This document shows positions 23,636-37,257 of a DNA stretch of 64,000 bases, one piece after another. Origin of the DNA: Bilabrum cf. latius (taxonomy: Eukaryota); the NCBI GenBank assembly GCA_965178125.1, contig OZ237736.1, positions 1,054,001 to 1,118,000 on the forward strand, in the 5' to 3' direction. Under the pieces are notes generated by a model. It worked only from the letters and a program-made list of their open reading frames with translations, ran no database searches and was not told the origin of the DNA. A program made the position numbers and the translations under genes. The first letter of the stretch is position 1, and each line of letters begins with the position of its first letter.

Positions 23636-26600
23636 ATGCATTGTATCATAGTATTTGTTTGTATTACTCTGATCGCTTGCGGAAATGTGATAAAACCGGA
23701 CCCAGTATCAATTGCATTTGGATCTCGCCGCCGCTGCTTTCTTGCCATTGGTCCAACCCATGTGCAGAAGATTGAGTCTGCATCCGTTGCAAGCGAATCC
23801 CTCTAGTGGATTTATTTGATCTCTAAATGGCATCATGAAACGTTGAATCGGCACCCGGTGATACCAACCGATGCTATTGTCGCTGCCGAGGTGCTTCGGG
23901 GGGGTTCCCATTCACTAAATCCAGCCATTGGTGCACCCAGTCGACGGTGTCCACCCATGCCAAGCATGCTTCGCAAGCATATGGCCGGTAGGCTGCGCAA
24001 GTGCGCCAGGGGCCTAGACTTGTACGGGTCGGCTCGAGAAGCATGGCAAAGAAGCGTGTCTGCCTGCATTGGGTCAGTCAAGAGTCCCCTCATCCAAAGA
24101 GACACAAGGTCTATTCTATTGGTGTCTGAGGTGTTGCAAGAAATGGAGCTCGAAGTGGCCACATATGAGGTCATGCTGGCCGCTGGGTTGTTGCAGCCTG
24201 CCGTGCTCGACTCGACGAGAGCTCCCAATACGTCGTGTATTCGGACTGCAGCTGACCACGAACACGGTGACAGCACCCGTTCTCTTCCCAGAGGAGATGA
24301 ACTGCTCACGATGGTACGAGATGCCATACGGCGTGAGGCAGAGGGCCCCTGTGTTGCTTGCTCGCCGAGCGGAGGGCCGGCAGGACCTGTAATGCAAACG
24401 TTCCACGAAATCGTAGCAGGGTTGCCCGGAGACCCGTGGTGGTCTTTACAGCATACTTCAATAGATAGGGGTGGGACTTCAGGTCAAGTGCAGCTGCGTG
24501 CCTTGTCGAGGGCGTCTTCGATCGTTCGAAGGCTGCTGCTCGGGCTTAATTGTCAACCACCGTACGTGTCGGGGCTTCGCAGCTTTGTTGTGGAAAGGCG
24601 CCAAAATGCAAGCTACGATATGCAAAATGTTAGTGCAGATTTGTGCACTGCACTTCCGGCTGTACTCGCGATCGCACAGCCCGCTGAATCGCATAGCCAC
24701 GTGCAGTTTCCGTATCGAACAGCTCGTCTAGAGATCTGTCGACCGGACGGGTCGACGCTCGAACCCCCACCGGGTGCACTGCACAATACGGATTCTCTAG
24801 AACGATGGATTGATAGCAATGCTGACGTCAAACTATGCTACCCAGCTCGGGGTCCAGACACTATCCTGGGGAAGGGCTAGAAGCAGGGCACTGCCGACGA
24901 CGATTTCTCCGCAGTCCGCCCCCACGCCGACGACGATGTCCTGCTGACGAGTCCCCGCTTGCCAATAGCGATGCATGGAAATGGTCAGGATTCAGATGCA
25001 CGCGCATATTGTAGCGTTCTTGAAGATGCAGCGCGTAGATGGATGTTTAGACGCGAAATGACTCAGGCCGCTCGATCTGCGCTAGCTTGCATCGGGCCTG
25101 CGGCTGCCCACTTGGAGCGGTAGCCCCTGGTGGATCGCTCGGGCCTTGCCAATGCCTCGGCCGCCATATTGCCCCAGCTGCATTCGTGCATAAACTAGCT
25201 GAAGGAAGCGCTGCATCGCCAGATTACAACCCACCGTGCCAGCAATAGATCACGGCAGCGACTGGTCGGGCAAGCCTGCCCCACCGAGACTACTCGAAGC
25301 ATATAGCAGCAGCTGCCACTGGCAGCAGTACACCAAGCTACTTTTAGCAGTCCCAAACTAAGTTTCCCGCTGATGCCAAAGTTCTAGCCTGGGAATGCTG
25401 CTGGCCTGACAATAGAGGACATTGTGGCGCTGTCCACTCCGCGCTGGACCCCGCCGATGCGCGGCATCCGCAGGCATGGCCTTCGATGGAATCACGAGAT
25501 GGTCGAAGCACGTGACCAGAATGTTGAAATAGAGCTTGCGGGAATAGTCCCAGCCAGTCTGTCCATGGAACAGAACAATAACCTTGCCTTCGCGACCCGG
25601 CAGGACGTGCAAGGGCCAGCTAGCATCCGCCTTGCACAGAACATCGATGCTAATGGTGCGGATGTTGAATCTCATGCACAGCCGGCTTGCACCGACGACA
25701 TCCTCACCAACGTGTCTGTGGAGTTGTTGATCTTGTCATTTGATCTCGCCGACCGGGTCTAGTACGTGCAGACCATGCTACAGGATTTAGCTACCTCCTT
25801 GCGTTCGACATACGAGACACACTGCATCGTCTGGCACTTGCGGATACGAGTCGTCTTTGGGTCGAGTGATGCGCTGCTGAATCAAGTTGAGGATGCAATG
25901 GAACGCGTGAAGCGGCCGGCGGGAAATGAAACCCGTTCGAAACCAGTGCATGCAGCTCGAGGGACTAGCCCACTTGGCGACGCGGCAGGCTGCGCTGGAG
26001 CGGCCCTCGAGGGTTTGCTAAATGCCGGCTCAAGAACAGAATAGCACGCACCTCTATCGTTTGATTCTACGACAAAGGGAAAAACAGGCATATGCGGGAA
26101 TGTAGCCGAAACCCCGGGCTCGACTCCTGCAGCAGACATCGCCGCAGACGACTAGCGGGCACTCGATGCTCTCGCTCAAGTTGTGCGCACTGCACAGCAC
26201 CTGTGGTCGAGACATTGGCCATCGGAGGAGTATCTCAATCTATCACACCGTGTTTCTCTGACTGGTGCTCCAGCTCCTAGGAGTCTTGGCGTCTCGTTTC
26301 CTTGGTTCGTGCGCTCGAGATACCTGGTGCGCTCCGCACTTGCCGACGACGGCCCATCGGATGTCATGATGATGCAGGAGGATGACACGGCAATATCAAT
26401 GCACCACGTATTGCATATGATGCTGCGCATCAATGGTCGATGGATGGATGGGCACTTTGTTGCAAAGATAGACACAGCCGAAGGTCGCGGTATCGCAGTT
26501 GCTTTACAGAGACTGCCAGAGATGATCCTACCCGTCCCAGTTCTGATTGAGGATGCGCTTGTCGGTGAACGATGCCTATACAACCGAACATCTTGGCTTC

Positions 26601-27289
26601 GAGAGGCGCTCGGAGATCAGCCGATAGTGGAATCCTGCGATCATGTTCGGCCGGCTGACCCTGCCTCGCCATCGTCAATGATGCCCGGTCTGACTTTGCA
26701 GCTGTCAAACGGTTGGCCGGTGTACAGGATCCGACACTATAAAGACGGAAATGCGCAGTCAAGGCACAATACTGCATTTGAAGATCAATGGGTCAGCGCA
26801 CCGTACAACATGCATTTCGCGGGCACTATGCTCCCAGGCAAACTGCTGGTGCACCTGGCGATGGAAACCAAATGCATTGATCCTCGGGTGCCGCTGCTGC
26901 CTCACTGGTAGTACCCGCCTATCGATAGGAGCCAGGACCAGCCGTATACAATATGCGGATTCTCGTCTGTCTTTGACTTGCCACCCGTTGGTTCAGTGCT
27001 GGGCGATGACGCATGGTAGCGATGGGCCAGGTCGGTCACCATTTGGCACAGGCCCAATAAATACGTCGGCAGGCACGTGTGGTTGCAACGCACGGATGCA
27101 GAACGCACGGCTGCTGCAATGTACCTTACAGGCCTATCACCGCCGCAAGGGCTAGGCAGTCCGCTGTCTGGGCTGCCTGGTGGCTTTCACGAGTTCGGGC
27201 CTAGCTGGCCAGATCTGGTGGGCAAGATGGTTGCGATCAGGGATTCCCACGAGGGCCTAGGAACCATGCGGAAGATGTAGGTGGACTGA
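23636..27289 (+). CDS. Hypothetical secreted protein, about 1217 aa, no recognised domain
   Basis: ORF pieces at 23570, 23816, 25424, 25766, 26183 and 27077 share one frame interrupted only by TAG. Signal-peptide-like MHCIIVFVCITLIACG. Ends TGA at 27287-27289. Confidence 0.65.
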
Positions 27290-27343
27290 CCGATGCAAGA
27301 CAATAATGTTTTGACAATCCAAGCAAGCCATACTACGGCGAGA

Positions 27344-30300
27344 TCATTGCGGTGAAGCTCCCCGCCCGGAGCCCCTCGCGAACTGTGCAGCGCGTGCCGC
27401 TCCAGTGGCAGCCCTCCTCGCCCTCAGTGCGTCATACTCGAATTCAAGCTCCTCCTCCCTCTCGATCTCAGCAACAAACCGATCCACCAGCTCCTCCAAG
27501 GGAGGCACTCTCCGCAGGAGCGTGTGGTAACGCCGCTCGTGCCCGCACACGTCGCACTTGTCCGGGGCAAAGAGTCGAGCCACGAACCCGGTGCACTCAG
27601 CCTACCTCCTGCCACCCGACGGAGTGGCCGATCTGCCTGTGGATTGGGGCCTCCCAGAAGAAGGAGGCCCCTCCTAGTCCTTGCCACCATTCTCAGCTTC
27701 CTCCCTCTCTTTCGCACGCTTGTCAAGCTCTTTGCCCTTCGTGACTGCCTGTGCGCCAAGGGCTTCGGCCTGCGAGCCCAGGACAGACCCGTCTGTCGGG
27801 GGCGCAAGCACGCACAGTGGCCGGTCGCGGTTCAGCTCTAGTAGCTTCTGACGCTCTTCCTTGGCTCTGTCGACTGCCATGCGCAGCACATCGTCCTGCG
27901 CTCCTCCCGTCGCCCTGTCCATCATGGCCCCTCTCCTTTCCCGCGCCGCATCCAGCATCGTCATGTCTCGCTCGCGCCACTCCGGCCACGTCTCTGGGGC
28001 GTACGGTGCTGTGGACACAATTGTGCACCGGTCACCACATGCAACAGACACAGCCGACCCAACACCGTACTCTCGAAGCCCCTCGACACGGCCAGGCATC
28101 GGAGTGAATGCAGGATTGCCCTCTGCAGCGACAGAGGCGGGCCTGCCGAGGCAGTTCGCAGCATTTGAGCCCCACGTCCATACTTCGCCATCCGTTGACA
28201 GAACGGCAGTGTGATACCTGCCCAGAGATGTCTCTGCCACCACCACGTCGTTTTCTAGCAGCGCCGTTACAAGTTCAGGCTCCTCTGCTCTGGTTCTACT
28301 GCCCAGGCCCAGCTGCCCCACGCCACCGGAACCCCACACGTACAGCCAGCCTCCCTCCACGAGTGGAGGCACCTGCACAACAGCTGCACTGTGCCACGCA
28401 GCCGCCTCCACTTGGATCACTACCTAGCCACGGAGAGCCTTCACTTCTTGCGGCACATCAAACACGCGGGATGATAGCGTGGACGGGTCAGGTGCTCTCC
28501 TCCCAGCGTGCGCACGGTCTGACTTTGACCTTGCGGCCATGGCTGCCGCCTGAGAAACGCCATGGCTGCCGATTCCTAGCCTGCCTCCGTCAGCAGATCC
28601 CCACGAGTACACGCCCTTGTCAGTGAGCGCGACAGTGTGGGCAGCACCGCACGATACTTGCAGGACTCGCATGCGGGACGAAAGCCCTCCCGCCGCCACA
28701 GCTGCCGCGAGCGAAAACACTGGTACAGGGGTGGGTACCGAGACATAGCCTCCTTCCAGCGCTCCCCCCTTCCCCTTTGCCTCCGACTATCCCTCGGCCA
28801 CCGGCAATCGGCTGCCTGCTCTCCCCTACGAGGCCGTGTTCTGCACCCTAGGCCCGTGGTTTCTGACCGACCCAAGACCGAGCCTGCCAAAGTTAGCCGA
28901 GCCAAACATGAGCAGCTCTCCTTGGCTCGTTACGACCGCTGAATGGCTTGAGCCTACGGATGCGCATACGACCCTTCCTTGCGCAGGGAGGCCAAGATGC
29001 TCCTCCGTGTCCATCAGAAACGGAAACGAGTGAAACCTGCCGTCCCCGCCGAGACCCAGCACACCCTGCCGTGCCGCTCCAAAGACGAATACATCGCCTC
29101 CCGAAGTCACGGCTACTGCGTGCTACCCCGAGACAGCCACCTGAACGACACATTCACCGCGCAGTTCCCGCACCTCAGTGGGCGGCGAAAAATCGGCGTA
29201 TCCGCGCATGTCAGCGTCCACGGCCCTTTCGATGTCAATGTAGTTCTGTTCACCCCCCCAAGAGGTAGGGTCAAAGCGCTTGCGTTCCCCGAATCCAAGC
29301 CTTTGGTTGGAGAACGCCTTGACAGCGAGCTGCATGCCGGTCTCAGCGGTAATCTTGTCCTTCTCCCTGGCACCCTTGGTGAGCTCCCACCACTTTTCCT
29401 GCGGGACGTCACCCTTCTTGATCGCCTCGTACGGATCCGACTCGTCCTCTTCGAACCCGTTTGGTACACTCCGCGCGTCGCGTACGAAAGGTTCCCCGGC
29501 GGAGGGCGAAGCACCACCCAACTTGCCTGGCAGCGAGAGCGGTGGCAGCTGCTTTCTAGAGGTGGAAGTTGAAATCTACTTAGTATCCAGAGAGTTTACG
29601 GCAGTGTTATGGCCGACAAGGGAGTGTCCCGCAGCTTTTGCTTCTTCTTGTTCCTATGCAATGGAGGCAACCCCTCGGAGAGTCAGGCTATGCTGCAGCG
29701 CAGACCGGGGTGTGACTGCCTTGGCGTACCCAGTCTTCGAAGCACCGGGATACGGCTGCCCTGACAATGGCATCTGGTCTACGCTGGGTATGATCGGGCC
29801 AGCTGCTGGTCCCCTCCCGAGCGATGAAGACGGAACCGAGCTCAGTTTCCCGCCGCCGGTCAGATTGGCCAGCGTTCGGTCGGATCCCGCGATGGGGGTG
29901 CCCGCACCCATCGCAAGCAGGGCAGATCGTGCCTTTGCCCGGGTCATCAGCTGGACTCCATGCCCTCTGCTCGCAGTACTGCCTCCGGAGAAGGTACCCG
30001 CCATGGGGGCTGCCTCTGCCGCTGCAAGGGAAGCCCTTGCCTCTCTCCTGGCAGCCAACGCATCCTGCCCGGTGCTATTACCGCCAGCACGCTGCCATCG
30101 CTGCTTGTCAGCATGGGTGAGCCATGGGATATCAACTGGGGTGGCAATTGGTTTCGCCTTCAACTTGTCCGAAGCCTTGCTCTTCGCTTGCATTGCGTCG
30201 CTGGTTCGCTTTGCCCGCGCTCCCCGGGCATTGCGACCCCGCTTGCTGGCCTTGCGACGCTCTGCCTCTTCCGCCTGCGACTGCCTTCTGCGTCTTCGCT

Positions 30301-33025
30301 TGTTCTCCTTCTTGTGTCTTGTCCGGGGATCAGCGTCTGCGACGTAGTTTCTAGCAAGCTCAGCAGCTCTCACTGGGTTTAGCGGCTGCACGCGAGCAGC
30401 ACTCACAGAGTGCGCGCCCCCGTGCGTAGAAATGACGTTCTCGCGATTGCTCACGCCGGGCGGTACCAATGTACCGCTGTCAGAGCTCACGGGAGCCTTC
30501 AACCCGGCTGCTGCTCCTGGAGGTCGTTGCCAACCGACAGAATCTACACCCTAGGGTAGCTGCCTCGGCTGCTGCTTCTATCGCTCCAGTTTGCCGAGCG
30601 TTTTCGGCGAGAGGGGCTGCTTGCCTGGTGGAGGCGCAAACGATCGGTTGATGGCATGGAGTCCTTTGCCCTTGGCGACATCTCCCATGCGCTCGGCCTC
30701 CATCTCCGCTGCCTCCACGCCTGGCCCTCGCAGGGACGACGAGGGCTCCGTGAGCGGTACCCTGCGAGGCAAGTTGATCGCTCCCGCGGGAAGATTGCCC
30801 GCGCCTTGCGGTCCATACCGATTGTAGTGTGGCTGAGTCGGCAGCGGTTCTGCGGTGTCCTTCTTTGCAGTAGCCTCCTTGACCGCGAACTCCCCGAGCT
30901 CATCGTCCTCACCCGCAGGCAGCGGCTCCAGCCCGACCGGGCCGCCAAGGGAGGGCCGCCTTGAATTCTTCTTCTTGTCATTGCCCTCTGGTGTCTCCAA
31001 TGAAGCGTTTCGATCCTCTTCGAGCAGCACTTCGGCGAGGCTGTGCCTCGCTCGGCGCTTCCTTGAGACTGCGGCGCTGGACTCTTTCACGCCCTAGCTC
31101 ACGATCCGGTCGCGTTCTGCCATGCGACTGTCCGAGACAGAGAAGCCACGCACCCGTTGAGCGATTCCCGACGCGGTTCCTCCAACAGCCCAAGAGCCTT
31201 CCTCTTCTCCATCGCCCTCGTCAGTCTGCGCTTGCCCTAGTCCGGTGCTGGCTTCAGCAGACGATCCACGATCCGGATGGTCAGGCTCGTCGGATGCGAG
31301 CTGCTCCTGGGTTGGCACCATCTCCTTCTCAACAGGAGGCAGGCCCTGCGCGCCCCTGCCTCGGCGGCCCGCTTGCCCGTCTTCTGCAACGCCCGGCGGC
31401 AGCGAACCTTGGCTTCGGGGACGGGGCAGCTTGCCCGTGTCGGCATGCAAGGAAGAGTGTGGCTCTCCCGCTGCCAGCTGGCTTGGTTTCGGCAGGGATG
31501 ACAGGTCCAAGTCGTCGATCACTTCCGGATTGCCCTCCCCTTCGATAGATTCAAGTCCAGCTCCCGAGTCGGTGGATGGTGCCAAAGATGCCTGCTACAA
31601 ACCATCAGAAGGACCGATACCAGCGTCGCCAGAGGGACTCGCTTCGTGCCCATCCTCCCGCACGGGCTCTAGGTGATCGCTACCGTCTTCATCGCGCAAG
31701 CTCTGCTTGCTGCTTGGCCGGAGCGGGCCTGAACCTCGCCGGGAGGACTCGCTGGCGGCATCGGCATTGCCGAGCCGCTCGCTGGCGGCAGGGGCAGTCA
31801 TGGACGCGCGCCGTCCCGCCGCAGACATGGCTGATCGAGGGGGCGGAGAGCTTTCAACAAGGCGGGCCAAGGATGCTCTACGCGCCTTATCCTTAACTCC
31901 GACTCTAGGTCCGTCCGCTGTAGCGAGAGGTCGGCGCCCTGAATCGAGACCCTCACTGGAGCCGACAGAGTGCCCGGACTCTCGGCTCGCTCTCTTGCCC
32001 GTGGCGGGCGCCGTCTAGGATCGAACCGGTCCATCTCTGTCGGTGCTATTCTCTGCAGCGTTTTGTACTCCGTCATCCTCGTCGGATCCCTGCCCAGGCC
32101 CGAACGGCACCCTCGCTACCACCACGTTTCCCTGTCCCCCTACACCTGTCTGCTGCACGCCTTCGCCGTCGCTATCGCCATCAATGGAAGGACGGTCGTC
32201 CTCTGGAGGAGGCAGCAGCGGCTGCCTGGCACCGCCCATACTCTCTGCAATCTTGCGCTGCCCCGCATCCAGGGCGGCACCCGCGGCGGTGGACGCGATG
32301 TGGAGTTCCTCTCGCCGATTGCCGCGGGCCCTCCGCTCCTTCGAATCGGGGTATCCAAGAGGGGCCCAATCCTAGGGTCGGACGGCCCCAAATGAAATAA
32401 CGTCCCCATTTTCGCACAGTGCGAGGCAGACGCGAGAGTCGAATCCCACCTGCACCTGCACGACACCTCTACCACACATGGCTTGCAGCACAGTAAGATT
32501 GTTTCGGACGAAACATCGGTCCCACGAGTGCACTTGTGGACCATACCCCTAGCCAAAGGCATACACGGCACCCTTCGCTTCTCCAAGCCTCTCCCGTTGC
32601 AGCCGCTCGAATGCCTCCGAGCGAGCAATCCGCTTTAAGTCGCGACGCTGCTGCTGCAAGATACGATCAATGAGCTCGCCACGGGTTCCAATTTGGTCAA
32701 GATCGCGAGATGCACACGCAATTCTCAATTCTCGGAGAGAAAATGTCTGCAGCTCTGCCAGATTGACGCCTGTCCAGAACTCCTCGAGTTCGACGGCAGC
32801 TGGGACATCCCTGCCCATCATCACGCGGGCTTCGGCCTGACGCCGCTTCTTAAGGTTTCCAACTGCTCGCCGCCGCCACTTTACAAGCTTTTGCACGACT
32901 TCGACGCCGAAGGGGATGGTGTAAGAGCCATCTGCTTGCAGGCCATACTAGACCCCTGCGCTTCCACTACCACCCCCTCTGGTGCCGCGAGGGCCTTGCC
33001 TTGACTACCGTAATACAAGTGCCAT
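27344..33025 (-). CDS. SAP-domain plus RCC1-repeat protein, about 1893 aa, apparently intronless
   Basis: SAP-like LQTFSLRELRIACASRDLDQIGTRGELIDRIL. RCC1 repeats (VSCGAAHTVALTDKGVYSWGSADGGRLG, LYVWGSGGVGQLGLG, SLGRYHTAVLSTDGEVWTWG). Eleven ORF fragments in one frame joined by TAG. Ends TGA. Confidence 0.8.
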
Positions 33026-33280
33026 TCTTCGCGAGCCGAGCCGTTTGAAACTTATTCGATTGGTCTGAAAGAGGGGCAGAAGTGGGCAGTACCGTTGTGA
33101 GACCCAGGCGGTCGCAACCTTTCAAAGTTCGGTCGACAGTGCCAGCGGTCGCAGACGATTCGAGAATTCAGGCTGCATGGGTAACTTCTTGGTGCTTAGG
33201 ACAACCATCTGACCACACAATCTAGCCAACACATGGACCGCATCGGAGAGCAGCTTCTCCGCGGCTCGCTGCCCTCCGCC

Positions 33281-34550
33281 TCACGCCGTCTTGGGCTTCT
33301 TGCGGTAGAAGGCGTCGTACACCATCGACGTGATGGACTTCATCAGGAGCGTGGTCAGGGCCACGTGTGCCACCCTCGCCACCAGTCCCCGCGTGGCAAA
33401 CGTCAGGAGGGTCCCTTCCTTCATCCTCTCGCCGAAGATCTGCATGGCGCTCACGCCCTGCCCCGCCTTGGAGGCCTGCTGGATGGTGGCCACCATCACG
33501 TCGATTGGGATCGTCGACACCGCCGAGAGGCTGCCTCCAGCCAGAGCACACGCGACCTTCTGCGACTGTGTCAGCTTCTTTCCGTCCTGCTGCGCCTTGA
33601 CTGCGGACTGCACGATCTCCACGAAGCCGAACCTGGTGACCCAGTCGAAGAACCTCTTCATGGAGAAAATGCCCATGCCCTTCGTCAGGGCCAAGAAGCC
33701 CTCGCGCTCGATCACGTTGGCGCCAATCTGCGAGAGCAAAGAATGCAGGCGTTTGGGTGCAATGCACGGGATGGTTCGGTGAATCAGTCATCAGGCAGGG
33801 CTGGAGCTTGCACTAGTAGCTCGGGGCAGTCGCGGTCTCCGAGCCGCTCACCTTCGCGCTGGAGACTGTGGTATCCCACCAGCCTCCTGATTTGCGGAAA
33901 GCAGGGTCCGTCATGACCCTCGTCTTGAGCAGGAGCATGGGAGACATGGCGATGCCTTGGATAAAGCCGCCGATACCTCCGGTAAGCACCATCGTCAGTG
34001 ACGGGTTCAGGAACGTGTTACCGTAAAGAAATTGCATAGCAGTCGCTTGCCCGAACGAAAACACGGCTCCTTTTGTGATGCACTGCAGAGCCCCCCAGGG
34101 CACGAAGCCGTCCAGGGTGCCGGCGATGCCCTTCTCGGCCGTGATCCGCCTGGCAATCTGGGCGTATGACTCGTCTGGAGACGTCTGCTTGGCAACCTTC
34201 AAGAACTCCAAGAAATGCCCACCTGCCAGCGCCTCAAAGGTCACCGTTACGACGCCACCGATGATCAGCTTGGCAAAGGGAGATTCTCTCGAATCAGCCT
34301 TTGCAGCCTTTGCCTCCACTGGCGACACGGCACGCACCCTGCCCGATCCGCTACTTGAAAAGTGTGTAGAAGATTCGCTAGACGACAGCACCGGGCTTCT
34401 CCACGTTTGCGAAGGGGAGCAGGCCGCCAAGGCTAGCTGCTTGTATCCACCGAATCCTCCCATTGCGTGCGTCCCAATGCGAGTTTGGCGACCCATCGAT
34501 CTCGTGAAAGGATCAAATTGACTAGCAATAGCTGACAGACTTGCGTCCAT
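33281..34550 (-). CDS. Mitochondrial carrier (SLC25), YHM2-like citrate/oxoglutarate carrier; intron 33728..33851
   Basis: GHFLEFLK, GFVPWGALQCITKGAV, PMLLLKTR, DWVTRFG and PIDVMVATIQ resemble the yeast Yhm2 pattern. Start is tentative. Ends TGA. Confidence 0.8.
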
Positions 34551-34743
34551 GTTACGCGACGGACCAAGTATCGAGCTAGAGACTTATCTTCTGCTGGATC
34601 CAGTCGACGCGTCGTTGGCGAACTGGCGCCGCGCATTACGAACGTTCTTTGGGACCAAAGGATTTGTAGGTTCCGCTGCTAGGATCGAGTTGCACTTTGC
34701 GAAATCCCCGCAGCAGCCGCCATTACCCGGTGATTGCACAAGA

Positions 34744-37257
34744 ATGAAGCATACTTTTGTCCTAGCATGTAGTGTTTTAGCGGTACCGGTATTTGTTTCC
34801 GGTGATACCGTTGCACAGAGCAATGATGTGGCCGGGGGCATGACGCTTCGTGGGAGTCCCCGCCCGTACACATCAAATTCTTCGCTGTAGATCTTTACCG
34901 ATGCGCTTGCATCTTTCTATCTGTAGCAAGGCGATTGCACGCAAACGGCCGGCTGCCTTCCATTGGCTTCAAGTATGTGCGGAGAGGCCAAAGGTTGGCA
35001 GGAGAAGCTGTTGCCGAACGGATCCTGGGCTGATGTCCAGTACAACTCCACAGAGAGGACCGATTGGCAGGCCGTTGTACATCTGCAAAGAGTTGCCATC
35101 ATGTCGAGGTCCTACGCGTCGAGCATGTGCGGAAAACCCAAGTCGGATCAATCGTTGCTGGAAGCATCGCTCAAGGCGATCAGCTTCTGGTTGGACACAG
35201 ATCCTAAAGCACCGCAGTGGTGGTGGCTGCAGTTCGGTGCCCCTCAGTGGGTAGCAGTTAGCACGGTCGTGCTCCGCGACTAGCTCTCCACGAAGCAGCT
35301 GAACCAGACCGTGGAGGTGCTCGGTCGCGCCAAGGGCCACTTCACGGGACAGAACCTGCTCTGGTCCCTGCAGCTGCTGCTCACCCAGGCGGTCCTGTCC
35401 AAGGACAGTGATACCGTCGCCGATCAATTCAAGCAGATGTGGGGAGCGGTGACCGTTCAGTCGAACGGTGGCGACGGCATCCAGCCCGACTGGAGCGAGT
35501 ACTAGCACGGCCACGTGCTGCAGAGCGGCGCGTACGGCGGCGATTTCGCCCTCAACATCATCACTTATCTCTCGATGGTCGTGGGCACGGATTACATGCC
35601 TGATTCCGACGTCTTGAACATCGTCAACTCGTACGCGCTCGAGGGCCAGAGGCCGATGGTGTTCACCTCGGCCTCTTTGCCTGGGCTCGAAGCAGGCTCC
35701 ACGTCTGGCGGATTCTTCCCAATGACTGTGTACGACCTACTGGTCAAGGGACGAGAGATCACGCGCAACCCCAACGGGACCATGCTCTATCCCGCGTCCG
35801 TGATCCAGCAGTCCGCGGCGCTCATCGCTGCAGCTGATCCGCCGCTGCCGCGGTCATAGGAGTGGAAGGCATTCGCGGACCAGCTGGCCGGCGCAGGCGG
35901 CGCCAGCAATGCAGAAGGGACCCGGCATTTTCCCTACGGCGACTACACGAGCCACTACAGCACCTCTTCCTCATCTTCGAGCCCCCACCGGTGGATGCAG
36001 GGCATTAAGGTTTGGAGCGACAGGACCGAGTCATCTGAATGCGTGAACGAGGAGGGTCAGCTCTCCTGGCACATGTCTAGTGGAATCACCACCACGTACA
36101 TCACGGGGGCAGAGTACCTTGGAGTGTTCCCTGTGTGGAACTGGACGGCCCTCCCCGGCCTCACAGCGGTGCAGGGAGTGCAGGAGGCGCCCTGCAAGGT
36201 CAAGCAGCTCGGGCCGAATAAAGCAGCAGGAGGGGCGGCACTCGGTACCCAGGGAGGAGTTACGGCTTTTGATTTCGTGAGTGGCAACTTTGTCTCGCAC
36301 TCCGGCGATTACTCAAAGCTGACTGCTCGCAAGACGTACGTCCACATCCCGAACGTCGGCACCGTGGTCCTGGTGGCCGACCTGACCCAAGCCCCCAGCG
36401 CGTCAGGGTCGAAGCCGTGGGTGAGCACGACGCTGGAGCAGTCGCTCCTGAACGGAGACGTGGTGGTCGGACTGCAGGACGGCTCCACCAAGACGCTGCC
36501 GCCTGGTGAGCGCTGGCTTGGAGGTGCCAGCTGGGTGCATCACGCTGGCATCGCCTACGCTAGCCTGCAGCAGCCGTCTGCAGCAATCCAGGAGGCGCAT
36601 GGTGCACCTCGATCGGGCGGGCCGGTGTTCCCTGGAGATCTCTTCGTGATGAACAGGCCGGTTACGGGGAACTGGTCGAGGATATCCACCACGCAGCCGA
36701 GCACGCCCGTCGTGAAGGACGTGTTCCAGGCCAGCGTGCCCCATGGAAGCGGGCCCAACGGTGCTTCCTTCGCGTACTCGATTCTACCATCGACGCCTTC
36801 TGCGCCTCGCGGAAGAACGGGAGCGTCGTCGCTAGATGGCTTCATCCGAGGCGTCCAGGAGGAGATCGAAATCACTTCCAACAGCGCTCATCTGCAGTCT
36901 GTGCTTGTCAACGGAACGATGTTTGCATCCGTGTGGGAAGACCAGAGCGGCGTACCCGCTGATGCTGGTGTGCAGGGTGCAAGGGCTGGCAACCAGATGG
37001 GGGTTGTGGGAGCCTCGGGGACTCCTTTCACCGCGATCGTCTCGTCGAACGGCGATGGGTCCTACGCCATTGGGGCTGCTGATCCACTGATGGACTCTTC
37101 TGGGCGCCAGATTTCGTTTACCATCAATGCTAACGTGCCTGGTAAAGGGCAAGGAGCAGTCGAGTGCGCAGCTGGCACGACGCCTGGCACGACCAAAGTC
37201 ACGGTGCAGCTGCCTTCTGGACTCGGTGCGGGGGAGACTGCCACTGGCTCATGCTGA
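34744..37257 (+). CDS. Secreted polysaccharide lyase family 8 (chondroitin AC/hyaluronate lyase-like), about 837 aa, intronless
   Basis: Signal peptide MKHTFVLACSVLAVP. Motifs NGSWADVQY, WWWLQFGAP, TGQNLLW, DGIQPDWSEY*HG..GAYG, KGREITR, ECVNEEG, YLGVFPVWNWTALPG, TGNWSRI. TAG at 34888, 34924, 35281, 35503 and 35857. Confidence 0.88.
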
